Origin: a virus
Reading direction: 5' to 3' (one strand)
IMG/VR virus record: IMGVR_UViG_3300025528_000003
DNA length: 42,559 nucleotides
Part shown: in pieces, positions 7,988 to 15,149 of the stretch
How positions within the stretch are numbered: the first letter of the stretch is position 1
Layout of the letters: every line of letters starts with the position of its first letter
Notes under the pieces: model-generated
What the model was told of the DNA's origin: nothing
Databases searched by the model: none
What the model saw: the letters and a program-made list of their open reading frames with translations, nothing else
Made by a program: the position numbers and the translations under genes

Positions 7988-8201
7988 CAGTCTCATGCGG
8001 CGGGCACGAATGAGGGAACTCGAAGAGATATTACGAATCTGGGCTTCGTTATCGGACGAACATCGGGAGGTCGGACTTCAATACGCTAAATACCTCGCAG
8101 CTCTTGAAAGAGCCGGAGTAACTGCTGGCGCCCCTCTTCAGACAGACCAGCATACACACGAAGAAGTTCCTCGTCAGTTGGCGTCACTTCTAGTCCGGTA
8201 A
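7974..8201 (+). CDS. Small ORF (75 aa from GTG 7974; 68 aa from ATG 7995) resembling the repressor C-terminal tail; candidate antirepressor
   Basis: EEILRIWASLSDEHREVGLQYAKYL aligns without gaps to the repressor's EELLRVYAGLSEEGRQQLLRLFQEL (11/25 identical). It converges on the repressor gene and overlaps its 3' end by 116 nt. Confidence 0.4.
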   Translation: MRDGDSLMRRARMRELEEILRIWASLSDEHREVGLQYAKYLAALERAGVTAGAPLQTDQHTHEEVPRQLASLLVR

Positions 8202-8457
8202 GGATCTTTATCGGGCTGACGCCTAGTTCCTTGGTGAGCGCCAGGAAGTTGCCGACGCTCGGCTCGCGACCGGACTTCATAAGCTGATTGACAAAATTAG
8301 GGCCTAGACCAGCGGCGATGCTGATCTGTCGCGCTGATCTCCCCTTGTTGATCTCCGCTTCAATCGCAGCGAAGAGCCGCTTCCGCCAACTCTCATCGTT
8401 CATGGCGGCTAGAGTTAGCATATTTTGCGTTTTGTGCTTGAACGTTATTGCGGGCAC
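8086..8457 (-). CDS. CI-like immunity repressor: XRE-family HTH only, no S24 autopeptidase domain
   Basis: HTH segment RSARQISIAAGLGPNFVNQLMKSGREPSVGNFLALTKELGV. It diverges from the cro-like gene. Alternative starts at 8421 and 8403 are at least as likely as 8457. Confidence 0.85.
   Translation of the reverse strand: MPAITFKHKTQNMLTLAAMNDESWRKRLFAAIEAEINKGRSARQISIAAGLGPNFVNQLMKSGREPSVGNFLALTKELGVSPIKILTGLEVTPTDEELLRVYAGLSEEGRQQLLRLFQELRGI
8442..8453. promoter_or_regulatory. Degenerate second operator ACGTTATTGCGG (9/12 match)
   Basis: Read directly. Its centre is 25 bp from the centre of the perfect palindrome at 8467-78. Confidence 0.35.
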
Positions 8458-8485
8458 TTGACTTTAACGCAATTGCGTGTATCCT
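8458..8485 (+). promoter_or_regulatory. Rightward early promoter (PR-like) TTGACT-N16-TATCCT with the ACGCAATTGCGT operator (8467-8478) in the spacer
   Basis: Read directly. The -10 ends 8 nt before ATG 8494, implying a leaderless or near-leaderless cro-like mRNA. Confidence 0.6.
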
Positions 8486-8493
8486 GCGTAATC

Positions 8494-8730
8494 ATGAAGT
8501 CGCAACTCCTTACCGATATCGAGAAGTTCCTGGCCGAAACCGGCATGAGCGAGTACCGCTTTGGGTATCTCGCGGCCCGTAATGGGCGTCTGGTCGAAAG
8601 GCTTCGCCAGGGCACAACCCCGAAGCGCGGAAAGCTCGTAACGATCCACCCGGATACCGAAAAGAAGATTCGCGGTTTCATGGCCGAACGGCGCTTGCTG
8701 AAGCGGAAACGCAGAGGGGTCGCGGCATGA
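8494..8730 (+). CDS. Cro-like early regulator (78 aa)
   Basis: First gene of the rightward operon, divergent from the repressor. HTH-like segment SEYRFGYLAARNGRLVERLRQG. Confidence 0.6.
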   Translation: MKSQLLTDIEKFLAETGMSEYRFGYLAARNGRLVERLRQGTTPKRGKLVTIHPDTEKKIRGFMAERRLLKRKRRGVAA

Positions 8731-8785
8731 CCAAGATCAACGATGGTGGGCCTGACGCGCTCCCGGTCGAGCTGAGATTGAAGCC

Positions 8786-9010
8786 ATGAAGTCTGACACG
8801 AACAATTGGCAACCCATAGAAACAGCCCCGATGGACGGGACACTTGTCCTCATCGCGTTTGACTACCACCCGACAGCGGTCGGTCGGTTTGAATACGGTT
8901 CTTGGATCTATTGGCCCTGCATGACCGAGGGCGGCGACAGCCCCACTCACTGGCAACCTCTTCCAGAGCCTCCCGTCGAACGCTCCAAATCCCGGGAGCA
9001 GGGCACATGA
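8786..9010 (+). CDS. DUF551-like protein
   Basis: Hallmark WQPIETAPMDGTLVLI. Confidence 0.75.
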   Translation: MKSDTNNWQPIETAPMDGTLVLIAFDYHPTAVGRFEYGSWIYWPCMTEGGDSPTHWQPLPEPPVERSKSREQGT

Positions 9011-9297
9011 CCGCCTCCATTATCCCTTTCACCAATCACCGCGTCTCCTCCTCCCGCGCGGTGACTCCAGCCGGGGAGGGGTTCTCCTCCTCCAGCCCTT
9101 CCCCGGCACCCCTTTCACCACTGGAGTGTGACGCGCCTACGGGTAGCAGCACGATCTTCGCACCGTCCTTTGTCCAGGGTGGGCTAGCCCGCAGGACGGA
9201 AGGCAGGTCTCCGACTGACCGACTGAACCGTGACATAGACGGGCTGGCATCGTTTTCACCGTGGACTGTCTCCCGAGATCATTGGTGGCGCGCATGA
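9007..9297 (+). CDS. Hypothetical Ser/Pro-rich protein (96 aa)
   Basis: ATGA overlaps at both ends. Confidence 0.5.
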   Translation: MTASIIPFTNHRVSSSRAVTPAGEGFSSSSPSPAPLSPLECDAPTGSSTIFAPSFVQGGLARRTEGRSPTDRLNRDIDGLASFSPWTVSRDHWWRA

Positions 9298-9857
9298 AGA
9301 ACCCTCGCCGCAGAACAGGGAGCCGTTCTCTTGTATCGCGAGATAGGCTGAATGAGCTCGTACAGGTAGACGTTGAATCCGGGAAAATCCGATGGAAGCC
9401 TAGGGAGGTGACGCATTGGACGATCCATGGATGGAATAAGCACTACGCTGGCAAAGAAGCCGGATTCTATAACTCGGACGGCTATCTCATTATCCACATC
9501 GATAAGAAGGCTCATCTCGTCCATAGAGTGATTTGGTTCTATGCCCACGGATACTGGCCCATAGAAATTGACCACATCAATGGGGCCCGCGACGATAACC
9601 GCATAAGTAACTTGCGAGAAGTTTCCCGTAAGGAAAACAGACGGAATGCCGGTCGCAATAGGAACAACCGAAGCGGAGTTACGGGCGTCTGTTGGGATAC
9701 TAATCGAGGACGCTGGCTTGCATACATCACCGTGGATCGGAAGCAAAAACACCTCGGACACTTCTTGACGATAGAAGATGCGGCGCGAGCAAGGAAACTC
9801 GCTCAGAAGAAATACGGATTCCATGCCAATCATGGTCGGGAGGCCCCCCTCCAATGA
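9294..9857 (+). CDS. HNH endonuclease with AP2-like DNA-binding domain
   Basis: Motifs HRVIWFYAHGYWPIEIDHINGARDDNRISNLREVSRKEN, then GVCWDTNRGRWLAYITVDRKQKHLGHF. Confidence 0.85.
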   Translation: MKNPRRRTGSRSLVSRDRLNELVQVDVESGKIRWKPREVTHWTIHGWNKHYAGKEAGFYNSDGYLIIHIDKKAHLVHRVIWFYAHGYWPIEIDHINGARDDNRISNLREVSRKENRRNAGRNRNNRSGVTGVCWDTNRGRWLAYITVDRKQKHLGHFLTIEDAARARKLAQKKYGFHANHGREAPLQ

Positions 9858-9900
9858 TGCGGGAAGTTCTGATTATCAGCCACCCAGGGGCGGCGGGTGA

Positions 9901-9948
9901 GGGAGGCCGAGAGTTGCGGCGAGGGTTTTGCGCTCCCGGCCTCCCTTT
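9901..9948 (+). terminator. Long hairpin (9-bp GC stem GGGAGGCCG/CGGCCTCCC) followed by TTT
   Basis: Read directly, immediately after the HNH-AP2 gene. A second weaker hairpin plus T-run is at 9989-10025. Confidence 0.4.
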
Positions 9949-10113
9949 GGCAACGCACAACATACACCGCGCCGCCAGTAGATCTGTTGGGAGCATAAGG
10001 GCGCTCCCCGACCCTTTTATTTTTACGTGCACGCTCATCCATCTTCGCCAAAAGTCTTTGAGCTGCTGCACCGAGATCTTCCATTTTCAGTTTCCCGCAT
10101 TTGCCGGATCATC

Positions 10114-10155
10114 CGGCTTGGTTGCCGTCTTCAACGGCTTAGTTGCCGCCTTCGA
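10114..10155. repeat. Tandem 21-bp repeat x2 (CGGCTTGGTTGCCGTCTTCAA / CGGCTTAGTTGCCGCCTTCGA)
   Basis: Read directly, 18/21 identical. Preceded by the palindrome CCGGATCATCCGG. Confidence 0.85.
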
Positions 10156-10206
10156 CCGTCACGAAGGTAGCAAGCGAGAAATTCCAAATGGCGGAAAATC
10201 AGAGGC

Positions 10207-10266
10207 GCGAGACGGAAATTTCACGGCGCAATCGAGAAATTTCACGGCGCGAGACGGAAATGTACC
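10207..10266. repeat. Iteron-like repeats: GAAATTTCACGGCGC x2 (10215-29, 10236-50; 21-bp phase) interleaved with GCGAGACGGAAAT x2 (10207-19, 10249-61)
   Basis: Read directly. Confidence 0.85.
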
Positions 10267-10289
10267 GAGTTGAGGCAATCCAGAATGAG

Positions 10290-10601
10290 ATGGCGTCGTC
10301 CGTCCGTTTCCTGGGCGGGGATGGCTCTGCGAAGGAGCAAATCCTTGCAGCGGCTAGGGCTACCGGCCTGTCTTACACGACAATCGAACGCCTCCGGTGG
10401 AAGAAGATCAAACGCATACCGGCTGACGTTGCGGACAGTGTCCGCGAGGCGGTCGCACGACACAACGAGAAGGGTTTAGCTCGTGCAAAACACGAAGCAT
10501 TCATCGCGCGGCAGAAGGCAGAGCTCTTGGCTGCGCGGCTTATGGAAATCGATGCTGATCGCTACGGGCCGGAAATTGATCGCCTGCGGAACGCGGGCTG
10601 A
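10290..10601 (+). CDS. Hypothetical HTH protein (103 aa; start uncertain, alternatives 10188/10260)
   Basis: Segment LSYTTIERLRWKKIKRIPADVADSV. The upstream part of ORF 10143.. is made of the DNA repeats. Confidence 0.5.
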   Translation: MASSVRFLGGDGSAKEQILAAARATGLSYTTIERLRWKKIKRIPADVADSVREAVARHNEKGLARAKHEAFIARQKAELLAARLMEIDADRYGPEIDRLRNAG

Positions 10602-10695
10602 GACCCTTGGCGTGAAGCTCATAGAGATGGCGGGGCGGGAAGATGACTAACCCAACCACATACGCGCTTTGGTACGGGCTTGTGAGGGCGTTCTG

Positions 10696-11190
10696 ATGAG
10701 CTATTGGGAAAGCGTCGGCCAATCCGACGAGTGGTATACTCCGGCCTATATCTTCGATGCTCTTGGCGAGGTGTTTGACCTTGATGTAGCCGCGCCTCCT
10801 GGCGGCGCGCCCCATGTTCCCTGCACCGATTGGATTTCGTCCGATTCTCTATCGCTGCCGTGGCATGGGTTTGTGTGGATGAACCCGCCATTCGGTGGCC
10901 GGAATGGCCTAGTGCCGTGGCTCGACAAGTTCTTTGCTCACGGCCATGGCATAGCGCTCACGCCGGACAGAACAAGCGCGCCGTGGTGGCAGGCAGCGGC
11001 CCGGGAAGCCGATGGAACCCTCTTCATCCATGGGAAGGTGCGGTTCGAAAGGCCGGATGGCACCGAAGGCAAAAGCCCTTCGAATGGGTCCACCCTGTTT
11101 GCGGCTGGAGATCGGGCAGTAGATGCCCTGCAAAGGGCGGCCCGCAATGGATTGGGCCTTTTCTTCCCCACTTGGAGGGAGGCCGCATGA
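10696..11190 (+). CDS. Phage Dam-family N6-adenine DNA methyltransferase
   Basis: EWYTP motif and NPPFG catalytic motif. GAGGG lies 7 nt upstream of ATG 10696. Confidence 0.9.
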   Translation: MSYWESVGQSDEWYTPAYIFDALGEVFDLDVAAPPGGAPHVPCTDWISSDSLSLPWHGFVWMNPPFGGRNGLVPWLDKFFAHGHGIALTPDRTSAPWWQAAAREADGTLFIHGKVRFERPDGTEGKSPSNGSTLFAAGDRAVDALQRAARNGLGLFFPTWREAA

Positions 11191-11546
11191 GCATCGCTCC
11201 CAAGCCCTCCGAATTCCAAGTGCACTCGACCATTGTCGACTGGCTCCGCATTGCGGTCCCCGGCGCAATCGTCGTCCACATCACAAACAACCCAAGATCC
11301 GCGATAGCCGGAGCCATGGCAAAGCGCCTCGGAATGACGAAAGGCGCGGCTGATCTTCTGTTCATTCACCGGGGCGTTGTCGCCTTCCTTGAGGTGAAGT
11401 CCGCCAAGGGAAGGCAATCCAAGGCCCAGATAGAGTTTCAGGACAGGTGCGTCGAGAACATGGTCCCTTACGCAGTTGTGCGTGGGGTTGGTGATGTTCA
11501 GGCGTTTCTCACCGACTTGGGTGTGCCGGTGAGGTGCACGGCATGA
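11187..11546 (+). CDS. VRR-NUC domain nuclease
   Basis: PD-(D/E)xK pattern GAADLLFIHRGVVAFLEVKSAKGRQSKAQIEF. Confidence 0.85.
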   Translation: MSIAPKPSEFQVHSTIVDWLRIAVPGAIVVHITNNPRSAIAGAMAKRLGMTKGAADLLFIHRGVVAFLEVKSAKGRQSKAQIEFQDRCVENMVPYAVVRGVGDVQAFLTDLGVPVRCTA

Positions 11547-12289
11547 CGCCTCGCACTCTCATTTGGTGGTCTACCGGAGCTGCGAGCTTTGTTGCCGCGC
11601 AATTGGCGCTCCGCGAGAACCCGGAGGCGATAATCGTCCGGTGTGAGACCAACAACGAAGACCCGGATAACTACCGCTTCGAAGCAGATGCGATGCGCCG
11701 CCTCAATGCAAGCGTGACGCTGCTGAAGTCTGGTGAGTACGAAAGCGTTTGGGACGTATGGCAAAAGCGCCGCTACATGTCCGGCATCAACGGCGCGCCC
11801 TGCACTAGCGAAATGAAGGTAGCGCCACGTCTTGCGTTTCAAAGGCCCGGCGACGTTCACGTTTTCGGCTACACGGCAGATAGGGAGGACGTGGAGCGTT
11901 TCGAGCGCCTTAAGTCCACCTACTTTGAACTGATTGTGCGCGCCCCGCTGATCGAACATGGCATTACGAAGGCTGCCAGTCTCGCAATGGTCGAACGCGC
12001 CGGACTCAAGCTGCCGCGCTCCTACGCGATGGGTTTCCCTAATGCTAATTGCCTGCAAACAGGCTGCGTGAAGGCGACAAGCCCCGATTATTGGGCGCTG
12101 TATCGTAAGCACTTCCCGGAGAACTTTGCTCGTACCGCAGCGTATGCGCGGGAAATTGGTGCGCGATTGACCCGCATAAATGGTGAGCGCCGTTTCATAG
12201 ACGAGATCCCCGAGGATTGGCCTGTGCGCAAGCCGATAGTCCCGGCGTGCGACTTCCTTTGCGCTATAGCTGAAATGGAGTCCGTATGA
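11543..12289 (+). CDS. PAPS-reductase/PP-loop-like protein with a degenerate P-loop
   Basis: N-terminal IWWSTGAASFVAA occupies the place of the SGGxDS PP-loop. ATGA overlap with the VRR-NUC gene. Confidence 0.45.
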   Translation: MTPRTLIWWSTGAASFVAAQLALRENPEAIIVRCETNNEDPDNYRFEADAMRRLNASVTLLKSGEYESVWDVWQKRRYMSGINGAPCTSEMKVAPRLAFQRPGDVHVFGYTADREDVERFERLKSTYFELIVRAPLIEHGITKAASLAMVERAGLKLPRSYAMGFPNANCLQTGCVKATSPDYWALYRKHFPENFARTAAYAREIGARLTRINGERRFIDEIPEDWPVRKPIVPACDFLCAIAEMESV

Positions 12290-12603
12290 GCTTCATCCTT
12301 TCCATGGTCGGTTTGGCGGCTGTCTCTATGGTTCAGAACGCTGCCTTCACAGCAGTCTCCCGCTCTCGCAACAGTGGTGATGTCCGGCACCACACGAAAT
12401 GGGCCGTGGCCTCAAACTGCGTGTGGTTTGTTGCCCAGCTTTTCATTTGGTCGAGCATCTGGCGCGCCGTTGAAACGGGCCAGTGGTGGCAGATCGCTGT
12501 TGCAGGCGTTGTCTACGTAGCCTCTACCACACTCGGATCCGTCTGGATGATGGCTCGGATGCTTAGAACTGAGACCGGGAAACAACGGGTTGGAGCGAGA
12601 TGA
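12286..12603 (+). CDS. Integral membrane protein (about 3 TM segments)
   Basis: Hydrophobic segments ILSMVGLAAVSMV, NCVWFVAQLFIWSSIW and IAVAGVVYVASTTLGSVWMM. Confidence 0.65.
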   Translation: MSFILSMVGLAAVSMVQNAAFTAVSRSRNSGDVRHHTKWAVASNCVWFVAQLFIWSSIWRAVETGQWWQIAVAGVVYVASTTLGSVWMMARMLRTETGKQRVGAR

Positions 12604-12788
12604 CCCGATCCTATTCAGAGCTAGCCGACATCTTCGAGGGAATGGCCGCAGCTCGCGCCAACTGGCTGCGCGATCACGGACGGAAGTTCGGAGAAATGGC
12701 GCGACTTCAAAAGCAGAGGGAGATGGAAGCTTGCGCACAGGTAGCCGAATGGCTCCGGCGCGCCGCGAAGAGGGATGCAGCAGCATGA
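12600..12788 (+). CDS. Hypothetical protein (62 aa)
   Basis: Coupled ORF. Confidence 0.5.
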   Translation: MTRSYSELADIFEGMAAARANWLRDHGRKFGEMARLQKQREMEACAQVAEWLRRAAKRDAAA

Positions 12789-13087
12789 CGACAATGGTTG
12801 AGAAGGTGGCGCGCGCCATTCGAATGGCCGACATAGAGCAAGTTAAGCTGCGCCATACTGGCGTTCCGCTTGGGCTTATAGAAGCGGCTGCGGATGCTCT
12901 ACGCGCAGATCACATGGTTATGGCCCGCGCCGCCATAGAGGCTATGCGGGAGCCTACTCGTGGAATGGTTGAGGATGGCTATGCCGCCCTGATGGATTGG
13001 GATGCCCGAACCGGAGAGGATAAGGGCATCTTTGATACATGGGTTGCCATGATCGACGCCGCCCTCAACGAGGAGGTGTCGAGATGA
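12785..13087 (+). CDS. Hypothetical protein (100 aa)
   Basis: ATGA-coupled internal start of ORF 12590..13087. Confidence 0.55.
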   Translation: MTTMVEKVARAIRMADIEQVKLRHTGVPLGLIEAAADALRADHMVMARAAIEAMREPTRGMVEDGYAALMDWDARTGEDKGIFDTWVAMIDAALNEEVSR

Positions 13088-13611
13088 CGGATGTACTCAC
13101 CGAGCTTCGCGCTGTCCTCGACGAAGAACATGCGCGAGCTGTCATAGAGCACCGAAAGGCCATCAAGGCAAAGCTCACGCCACACGCGGCACGGCTCTTG
13201 GCTAAGCAGTTCGCTCGCTGCCGAGACCCGAACGAAGCGGCTGATGAGATGATCCTGCGCGGCTGGCGCGGTTTCAAGCCGGAATGGATACGTGACTACG
13301 ACATTCGCTGCGAGCGGGAAACGCCGGTCCCGGAGGCCTTCCAGCGCCTCTGGAATGTCTACCCCATCAAGGATGCAGAAGATTTTGCCAGCGCGCTTGA
13401 TGCCTTTGAGAAAGCGCCGCTTCGTGACCACGAGCTCATCTTACAGGCGGCGGAGTGGCTGAAGGGCAGCTTGCCCCCTTCATTCGACCCGACATATCGG
13501 GAGCGGTCAAAATTCATCCCCTCTCTTGCTCGGTGGCTGAGAGAGCGCCGGTACGAGGCAAAGAGGCACGCGTGGGAAAGGTATCAAGCGAGACGAGCGG
13601 AGACGGCCTAA
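13084..13611 (+). CDS. Replisome-organiser-like protein (conserved phage C-terminal motif)
   Basis: AFQRLWNVYPIKD...KFIPSLARWLRERRYE matches the FW..YP.K...P..WL....W pattern of DnaD/replication-organiser C-termini (recalled). Confidence 0.5.
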   Translation: MTDVLTELRAVLDEEHARAVIEHRKAIKAKLTPHAARLLAKQFARCRDPNEAADEMILRGWRGFKPEWIRDYDIRCERETPVPEAFQRLWNVYPIKDAEDFASALDAFEKAPLRDHELILQAAEWLKGSLPPSFDPTYRERSKFIPSLARWLRERRYEAKRHAWERYQARRAETA

Positions 13612-14210
13612 TGAGAGGCTACAACCACGAAGCATTCCTGGCTAACCGAGGCTTCAATCCTGCATTCCTCGCCAGACTGCGAGAGAAGCAAAAGCAGCGG
13701 AAGCTCGAACAACTGGCGCAGGAGAAAGAAGCCCGGAAGTCCTCAGTTGCCCGTCCGGTAGAGATGCCACCACTCCGGTGCACACAGGAGAAGCTTGCGG
13801 AGATCAAACGCAATGAGGCTTCGAAGGCGCAAGCAATTGCAGCCGAGCGTGTGAAGGAGATCAAGTCTGACATCTCAGCGGAAATCCGCTTCAACAAGAT
13901 GATTGCGGAAATCTCGATGCGCGTGAATGGCCGGAACAAGATCCGCGTCGAGGACATAATCCCGATTGTCGCAGAAAGGCATAACGTGACGGTTGCCGAT
14001 ATCAAGGGCGCTTGCCGATCCAAGAAGGTGGTTACAGCCCGTTTCGAGGCGATAGCAGAGGCGCGTCGGCTTCGCCCTGATCTATCGCTAACCCAGCTGG
14101 GGAGGCTGTTCGGCAAGCGTGACCACACCACCATACGCTATGCCTTGATTAAGATGGGGATGCCCACCGCTTCGGTAGAGGGGCAGAAGGTCACTAGGAG
14201 GGCAGCGTGA
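13611..14210 (+). CDS. DnaA domain-IV-like DNA-binding protein
   Basis: CRSKKVVTARFEAIAEARRLRPDLSLTQLGRLFGKRDHTTIRYA matches the DnaA C-terminal HTH signature. Confidence 0.75.
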   Translation: MRGYNHEAFLANRGFNPAFLARLREKQKQRKLEQLAQEKEARKSSVARPVEMPPLRCTQEKLAEIKRNEASKAQAIAAERVKEIKSDISAEIRFNKMIAEISMRVNGRNKIRVEDIIPIVAERHNVTVADIKGACRSKKVVTARFEAIAEARRLRPDLSLTQLGRLFGKRDHTTIRYALIKMGMPTASVEGQKVTRRAA

Positions 14211-14467
14211 ACAGCAGATTTGAATCACTTCTGGAAGAAGCTGCGGATTGGGCCGACCGGCGTGGCGTCGATTACTCCATCTTCCGGGACGGCGGCGACT
14301 GGACCATACAAATCCGCCTTAGCGACACTAACGGCACATTCCTGGAGTTCTTCACGCTGCCGGAACCAGGGAAGGTCGGAAGCCTCTCGCGCAGACTGGA
14401 TATGCTTTGCGCGGAGGCTCGTAAGAAGCGGATCAACGGCGGCAAGCCAGCCTATCAACGAGCCTGA
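14207..14467 (+). CDS. Hypothetical protein (86 aa)
   Basis: GTGA-coupled ORF. Confidence 0.5.
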   Translation: MNSRFESLLEEAADWADRRGVDYSIFRDGGDWTIQIRLSDTNGTFLEFFTLPEPGKVGSLSRRLDMLCAEARKKRINGGKPAYQRA

Positions 14468-14491
14468 TATCAACCAAGCGGCGGGGTTACA

Positions 14492-15043
14492 ATGAAAGCA
14501 AGGACAAAGGGGCAGAAGCGGCGCGGCAGGCCGAGAAAGGCAGGGCCGCGAGAGCCAAGCGGGCGCATCAGCCGGTCAGGCATCGATCATGGCCCGGCGG
14601 ACATAGTAGCCCTTGATGCCCGCCGCCGTATGCTTGGACTGCCGGAAAGCAAGCTGCGCGATCAAAGGGCGGGAAGCTACATTGGCTACCTGAATATCCT
14701 TGGCAAAAGCGATGGGCTCTCCGACGATCAATACAAGGCGGCACAAGAGTACCTGGCACTGCGCAATGCGTATCTTCGAGCGATAAAGGCACCTGGGCGG
14801 CTGATCGATGACGAGGCAATGCCATCACCAGAGATCACCAAAGAATACGAGGAATGGGTACAGGCGACGAAAGAAGCTTATGAAAACTGCCGCCGCGCCA
14901 TCCAGGAAGCCCAGAACGAACATCGGTGCGAAAACCTTTGGGCGGCCTTGGATCTGATCATCATTCGCGATGAGCGCCTGCCGCACATGATTGGGGCTAC
15001 GCGGATTCTGTGTAATGCGCTGGCAAGGTTCTTTCGGATTTAA
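14492..15043 (+). CDS. Hypothetical basic protein; positional candidate for a late-gene regulator/antiterminator
   Basis: 183-aa ORF immediately upstream of a strong promoter and a short terminated transcript. No Q-family motif recognised. Confidence 0.55.
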   Translation: MKARTKGQKRRGRPRKAGPREPSGRISRSGIDHGPADIVALDARRRMLGLPESKLRDQRAGSYIGYLNILGKSDGLSDDQYKAAQEYLALRNAYLRAIKAPGRLIDDEAMPSPEITKEYEEWVQATKEAYENCRRAIQEAQNEHRCENLWAALDLIIIRDERLPHMIGATRILCNALARFFRI

Positions 15044-15049
15044 AGGGGC

Positions 15050-15078
15050 TTGACATTTGCCGGAAAATGTATTTTATG
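15050..15078 (+). promoter_or_regulatory. Strong promoter-like element (TTGACA, then a T/A-rich -10 region)
   Basis: TTGACA at 15050-55. TTTTAT/TTTATG follows at 16-17 nt spacing. Confidence 0.5.
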
Positions 15079-15120
15079 ACGAATGATTATGATAGGCGAT
15101 TTGCGCCTAAGCGGGGGTAG

Positions 15121-15149
15121 GGCCAGTCACTTCGGTGCGCTGGCCTTTT
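15121..15149 (+). terminator. Intrinsic terminator with UUCG tetraloop
   Basis: GGCCAG-t-CAC UUCG GUG-cg-CUGGCC followed by UUUU. It lies about 40-65 nt downstream of the predicted start site, after a first hairpin at 15094-15108. Confidence 0.6.

Noticed and set aside
9830-10273. ORFs 9830..10084(-) and 9854..10273(+) in the gap after the HNH-AP2 gene.
   Set aside because: Both read through terminator-like hairpins and repeat arrays, and their products are low-complexity. The minus ORF does have a GGGAAA-type RBS similar to the moron genes, so it is not fully excluded.
10143-10289. N-terminal extension of the 10143..10601 ORF encoding RRETEISRRNREISRRETE.
   Set aside because: The peptide periodicity is a direct consequence of the 21-bp DNA repeats, and there is no RBS at 10143/10188. 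It is treated as regulatory or ori DNA, but coding is not excluded.
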